A DNA stretch of 9,581 nucleotides from an uncultured Nitrososphaerota archaeon. Its GTDB lineage: Archaea > Korarchaeota > Korarchaeia > Korarchaeales > Korarchaeaceae. The stretch's first letter is position 1. Each line of letters opens with the position of its first letter. Below the pieces are notes generated by a model. The model saw nothing but the letters and a program-made list of their open reading frames with translations, was not told the origin of the DNA and did no database searches. The stretch is from contig CAYZRF010000040.1 in assembly GCA_964480775.1 (NCBI GenBank), positions 1-9,581 of the forward strand, given 5' to 3'. The position numbers and the translations under genes are program-made. Shown piece by piece: positions 6,786-9,581 of this stretch.

Positions 6786-7637
6786 TTGGTAGCAACGGCC
6801 TATATTCCTGGACAAACATATCCTGCCATAAGCATTACAGGAATGAAATGCTCTCTTATGTGTGACTACTGCAAAGCCCATTACTTAGGTGGCATGTTTC
6901 CTGCGCTATCTCCGCATCAGTTGTACAAGCTTGCAGGTAAGCTATATGGAAGAGGGGCAAAGGGTTTGCTAATAAGCGGAGGTTTCAACTCTAAAGGAGA
7001 GCTGCCGATACAACCTTTTCTTCCTACAATCAAGGTAATCAAGAGAGACTTTAACCTAATTATCAGTGTACATCCTGGGATCGTTTCAAGACAACTTGCA
7101 ATGGCTCTTGAAGAAGCGGGTGTAGATATCGTAGACTATGAGTTCGTCATGGATCCTATGGTGATAAAGGATGTTATGCACCTCGAGAGGGCAAAGGAGG
7201 ATTTCTTAAACGGGCTAAAATGGTTGGTGGAAGAGGGACCTCCTTACGTGGCACCACACATTCCTGTAGGTTTTCACTATGGCAAAATCGATATGGAGCG
7301 AGAGTCATTAGGGGTGCTGCTGGATTTCGACCCTTATGTCTTGATCTTCATAGTATTTATGCCAACCAAGGGAACGCCAATGGAGGCAATATCTCCTCCT
7401 CCAGTTGAAGGGGTGGTTAACCTATTTCGATACGCTAGAAAGAGATTTAGCGGAGAAATAGCTTTGGGGTGTATGAGACCTCCCGAATACAAAAAGAAGC
7501 TAGACGAAATCATTCTAAAAGAAGGGTTAGCGGATAGAATTGCGGTTCCGAGATGGCAGATTGCAGAGAAGTATGGGCTGAAAAAGGTGCCAGCTTGTTG
7601 CTCCATACCGAAAGAGTTCTTGAGTTTGTTTGAATAG
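6786..7637 (+). CDS. Radical SAM protein, candidate partner subunit of the two-component archaeal lipoyl synthase (LipS1/LipS2 type)
   Basis: GMKCSLMCDYCKAHY is CX3CX2C (nt 6849-6872). LLISGGFNS is a GGE-like SAM-binding motif. Further Cys residues occur in ALGCMRP and in the C-terminal PACCSIP. The TTG start lies 2 nt after the upstream stop and is preceded by GAGGTGG (6772-6778). No ATG or GTG exists in frame between the upstream stop at 6717-6719 and the CX3CX2C motif other than Met20, which is too close to the cluster motif. Confidence 0.7.
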   Translation: MVATAYIPGQTYPAISITGMKCSLMCDYCKAHYLGGMFPALSPHQLYKLAGKLYGRGAKGLLISGGFNSKGELPIQPFLPTIKVIKRDFNLIISVHPGIVSRQLAMALEEAGVDIVDYEFVMDPMVIKDVMHLERAKEDFLNGLKWLVEEGPPYVAPHIPVGFHYGKIDMERESLGVLLDFDPYVLIFIVFMPTKGTPMEAISPPPVEGVVNLFRYARKRFSGEIALGCMRPPEYKKKLDEIILKEGLADRIAVPRWQIAEKYGLKKVPACCSIPKEFLSLFE

Positions 7638-7824
7638 ACTACCGAAGTATTACGATCCTTTTAGATTCGAACAGGAAGTCTTCTGAAAGCCCTATCTAAG
7701 AAAGTTAAAGAGAAAATTCAATCTCGAATGGATTTTTGGCGTGTGATCCATCTTAACTCATCACAGGGCTTTATGAAGTTAATGAGTATTAATAAGGGAC
7801 TATCTCAATGGTTCATTGGTCTAG

Positions 7825-8622
7825 ATGTCATTACATCAGCTGGTTAAATGGAAAGCGCTGAAATTTGACTTAAAATACGGTACTAAGCTTCAGACGGATG
7901 TTGAAGTCGCCATAGAGGGTCTGTTCGATTTTTATGTTAATGAAAACCTTTACACGACAGCTGTGCTAACTCCTTTCCAGTTAAAAGAATGGTCAATCGG
8001 TTTTCTTTACTCTGAAGGCTTAATAAACTCGGCAGAGGAAGTAAAAAGAGTTGTCATTAATGACGATAGCATAGAGGTCAAGATAGGTGCGGCTGAGGAC
8101 CTAGGAAGCAGATTGCCCAAGATCGGAAGGTTCCTATCAGATAGCTGCGCATCAACTATTGCGCTGAGAAGGATATCTTACGTTAAAGAGGTATCAGAGG
8201 AGATCCTCTCAAATGATCTTACCATCCCCAGGAGGATCATAAGAGACCTGTCAATTTCTCTAAACAAAGCTTCGATGACGTACAGGACAACGGGAGGAAC
8301 ACACTCAGCAGCCTTATTCAACACAGAAGGAGAACTTCTAATCTACTCTGAGGATGTAGGGAGGCACAATGCTGTGGACAAGGTGATTGGGAGTTCCCTT
8401 ATAGAAGAAGTCCAGCTAGATGACAAAATTTTAGCTGTAAGTGGGCGTCTATCTGAGGAACTAGTGTTCAAGTGCGCTCGAGCTCGCATACCGCTAGTTA
8501 TGTCTCTCTCAGCTCCTCTCAGCCGAGGATTGGAGTTAGCAAAGATGGCAGGAATCACGCTGATAGGCTTTGCACGAGGGGATAGATTCAACGTTTACAC
8601 TCATCCACACCGCATTGAATAG
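7825..8622 (+). CDS. fdhD: FdhD/NarQ-family sulfurtransferase (formate dehydrogenase accessory protein family)
   Basis: Hallmark motifs are GGTHSAALF (compare E. coli GCTHAAAW) and SEDVGRHNAVDKVIG (compare HEDVGRHVALDKLLG). The C-terminus GFARGDRFNVYTHPHRI matches GFCKPGRATVYTHPQRL. Confidence 0.85.
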   Translation: MSLHQLVKWKALKFDLKYGTKLQTDVEVAIEGLFDFYVNENLYTTAVLTPFQLKEWSIGFLYSEGLINSAEEVKRVVINDDSIEVKIGAAEDLGSRLPKIGRFLSDSCASTIALRRISYVKEVSEEILSNDLTIPRRIIRDLSISLNKASMTYRTTGGTHSAALFNTEGELLIYSEDVGRHNAVDKVIGSSLIEEVQLDDKILAVSGRLSEELVFKCARARIPLVMSLSAPLSRGLELAKMAGITLIGFARGDRFNVYTHPHRIE

Positions 8623-8768
8623 AAATCATTTCTCAAATGGACTCCAAATCGCTACACTAAAGGTTCCTTCGACACATTAGAATAGGATAAAAGTCTCCAA
8701 CTCCTATGTAATTAAGAGATTTATCCAGAATCATATAATATGAGTTGAAGTGAAGGGGATAGAAGAAG

Positions 8769-9581
8769 ATGTCACCTCTTTATCTTGAGACAATCGAACT
8801 AAAAGAGGCTTGGAAGCATGTAGATGGGATACTAGCTTCTTATGATGAAATAATCTTAAAATCTCACGCTGTAAGGAGGAAATTCGAGAAAAAACTTGTT
8901 GAAAACATGAAATCGGCTCTAAAGAGCGCTGAAATACCTTATAAAAAGGTAATCAGAGGAGGAGGTAGGGTTTTTGTCCAGCTTGAGAATGTAGAACATG
9001 CGCTCACCTCCTTGAGGAGGATATTTGGTCTAAGTTGGCTAGCACCAACCCATAGACTTGAAACTACTAAGCTAGAAGACATCTTGAGGTTTTGCAAGGA
9101 AAATTATGAGAAGTGGATTCCAGAAGGAAAGACCTTTGCTGTAAGGACGAGGAGAGTAGGAGTTAAGGAATACAATAGCCTAGAACTAGCTAGACAGGTG
9201 GGCAAAGTAATTGACAGAGAAGTGAATTTGAAGTCCCCGGACATCGAGCTGTTCGTCGAGGCAAGGGGCAGTGAGACCTATATCTACTCTCAGAAATTCA
9301 ACGGGCCAGGAGGACTCCCTCTTGGAACTCAGGGAAGCGTCGTAGCCCTGATATCTGGCGGTATAGATTCTCCAGTTGCCGCTTGGATGCTGATGAAGAG
9401 AGGAGCTACCATAATAGCCCTCTACGCTCATTCTGGAATTAGTAGGGATTCATTTATGAGGTTCATTGATGTAATGAAGGTTCTTAAGGATTGGCATGCT
9501 GGAGAACAAATCAGAGTGTTTGTCTACAGAGAATCGTATGACGTCTCTCTTCTTAAGCCAGATGCGATCAAGTATGCTTAC
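8769..9581 (+). CDS. thiI: tRNA sulfurtransferase ThiI (4-thiouridine / thiamine sulfur transfer). The 3' end lies outside the window.
   Basis: My own translation from ATG 8769 is open to the window end (271 codons). It shows YDEIILKSHAVRRKFEKKL (N-terminal ferredoxin-like domain), FAVRTRRVG...ELARQVG (THUMP region) and the PP-loop VVALISGGIDSPVAAWMLMKRG (SGGIDS at 9354-9371). This ORF is absent from the supplied track because it has no stop codon in the window. Confidence 0.9.
   Translation, partial: MSPLYLETIELKEAWKHVDGILASYDEIILKSHAVRRKFEKKLVENMKSALKSAEIPYKKVIRGGGRVFVQLENVEHALTSLRRIFGLSWLAPTHRLETTKLEDILRFCKENYEKWIPEGKTFAVRTRRVGVKEYNSLELARQVGKVIDREVNLKSPDIELFVEARGSETYIYSQKFNGPGGLPLGTQGSVVALISGGIDSPVAAWMLMKRGATIIALYAHSGISRDSFMRFIDVMKVLKDWHAGEQIRVFVYRESYDVSLLKPDAIKYAY

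Noticed and set aside
7728-7847. A 39-codon + strand ORF (MDFWRVIHLNSSQGF...) in the lipS-fdhD intergenic region that overlaps the fdhD start in another frame.
   Set aside because: It has no Shine-Dalgarno site and no recognisable motif. It overlaps the likely fdhD promoter (TATTAATAAG at 7787-7796), and the fdhD N-terminus from ATG 7825 aligns sensibly with the family.
307-9431. Track ORFs lying antisense to, or out of frame within, the called genes: 307-504(-), 866-1114(-), 1470-1706(-), 1744-1935(-), 2858-3061(-), 2883-3215(-), 3073-3276(-), 3848-4054(+), 4969-5208(+), 5726-5971(-), 6163-6354(-), 6696-6881(-), 7220-7408(+), 7334-7606(-), 8343-8591(-), 9186-9431(-).
   Set aside because: Each is fully or largely embedded in a longer ORF that has clear family motifs. 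Their translations are low-complexity or rich in Ser/Pro/Arg/Cys, with no recognisable motifs and no Shine-Dalgarno or promoter context. They are typical shadow ORFs.
1-9581. An eye scan of the intergenic regions (623-718, 1994-2195, 3368-3507, 4315-4708, 7638-7824, 8623-8768) for tRNA T-arm motifs, CRISPR-like spaced repeats, transposase or integrase motifs and riboswitch cores such as TPP.
   Set aside because: I found no GGTTCGAATCC-type T-arm with a matching acceptor stem, no repeat of 20 nt or more occurring more than once, and no DDE, HUH or tyrosine-recombinase motifs in any ORF. This is a manual scan, so short or degenerate elements could have been missed.

Overview
The window looks archaeal: Arg is mostly AGA/AGG, A/T-rich TATA-like boxes sit about 25-35 nt upstream of starts, T-runs follow genes, and some starts have strong GGAGG/GAGGTG Shine-Dalgarno sites. 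I support 12 gene-level features. Left part, all on the + strand: a 5'-truncated CooC/MinD-like ATPase broken by a frameshift in an A7 run, an MFS_3/EntS-like transporter, a flavodoxin, and a class I SAM methyltransferase. Middle, on the - strand: a very AT-rich segment carrying an SPL/COG1533-type radical SAM gene and a short, possibly decayed ORF pair. Right part: a split lipoate-protein ligase (lplA then lplB, - strand) transcribed divergently from two adjacent radical SAM genes. I interpret these two as the two-subunit archaeal lipoyl synthase (LipS1/LipS2 type). They are followed co-directionally by an FdhD-family sulfurtransferase and a ThiI tRNA sulfurtransferase that runs off the window end. 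The most interesting hypothesis is that the lipS pair, an 'orphan' FdhD with a degenerate cysteine loop, and ThiI form a sulfur-handling neighbourhood. In that model the FdhD-like protein serves lipoyl synthesis rather than formate dehydrogenase. This is inference only. I recognised no tRNA, rRNA, CRISPR array or transposase. All family assignments rest on motifs read by eye from the translations; no database search was run.
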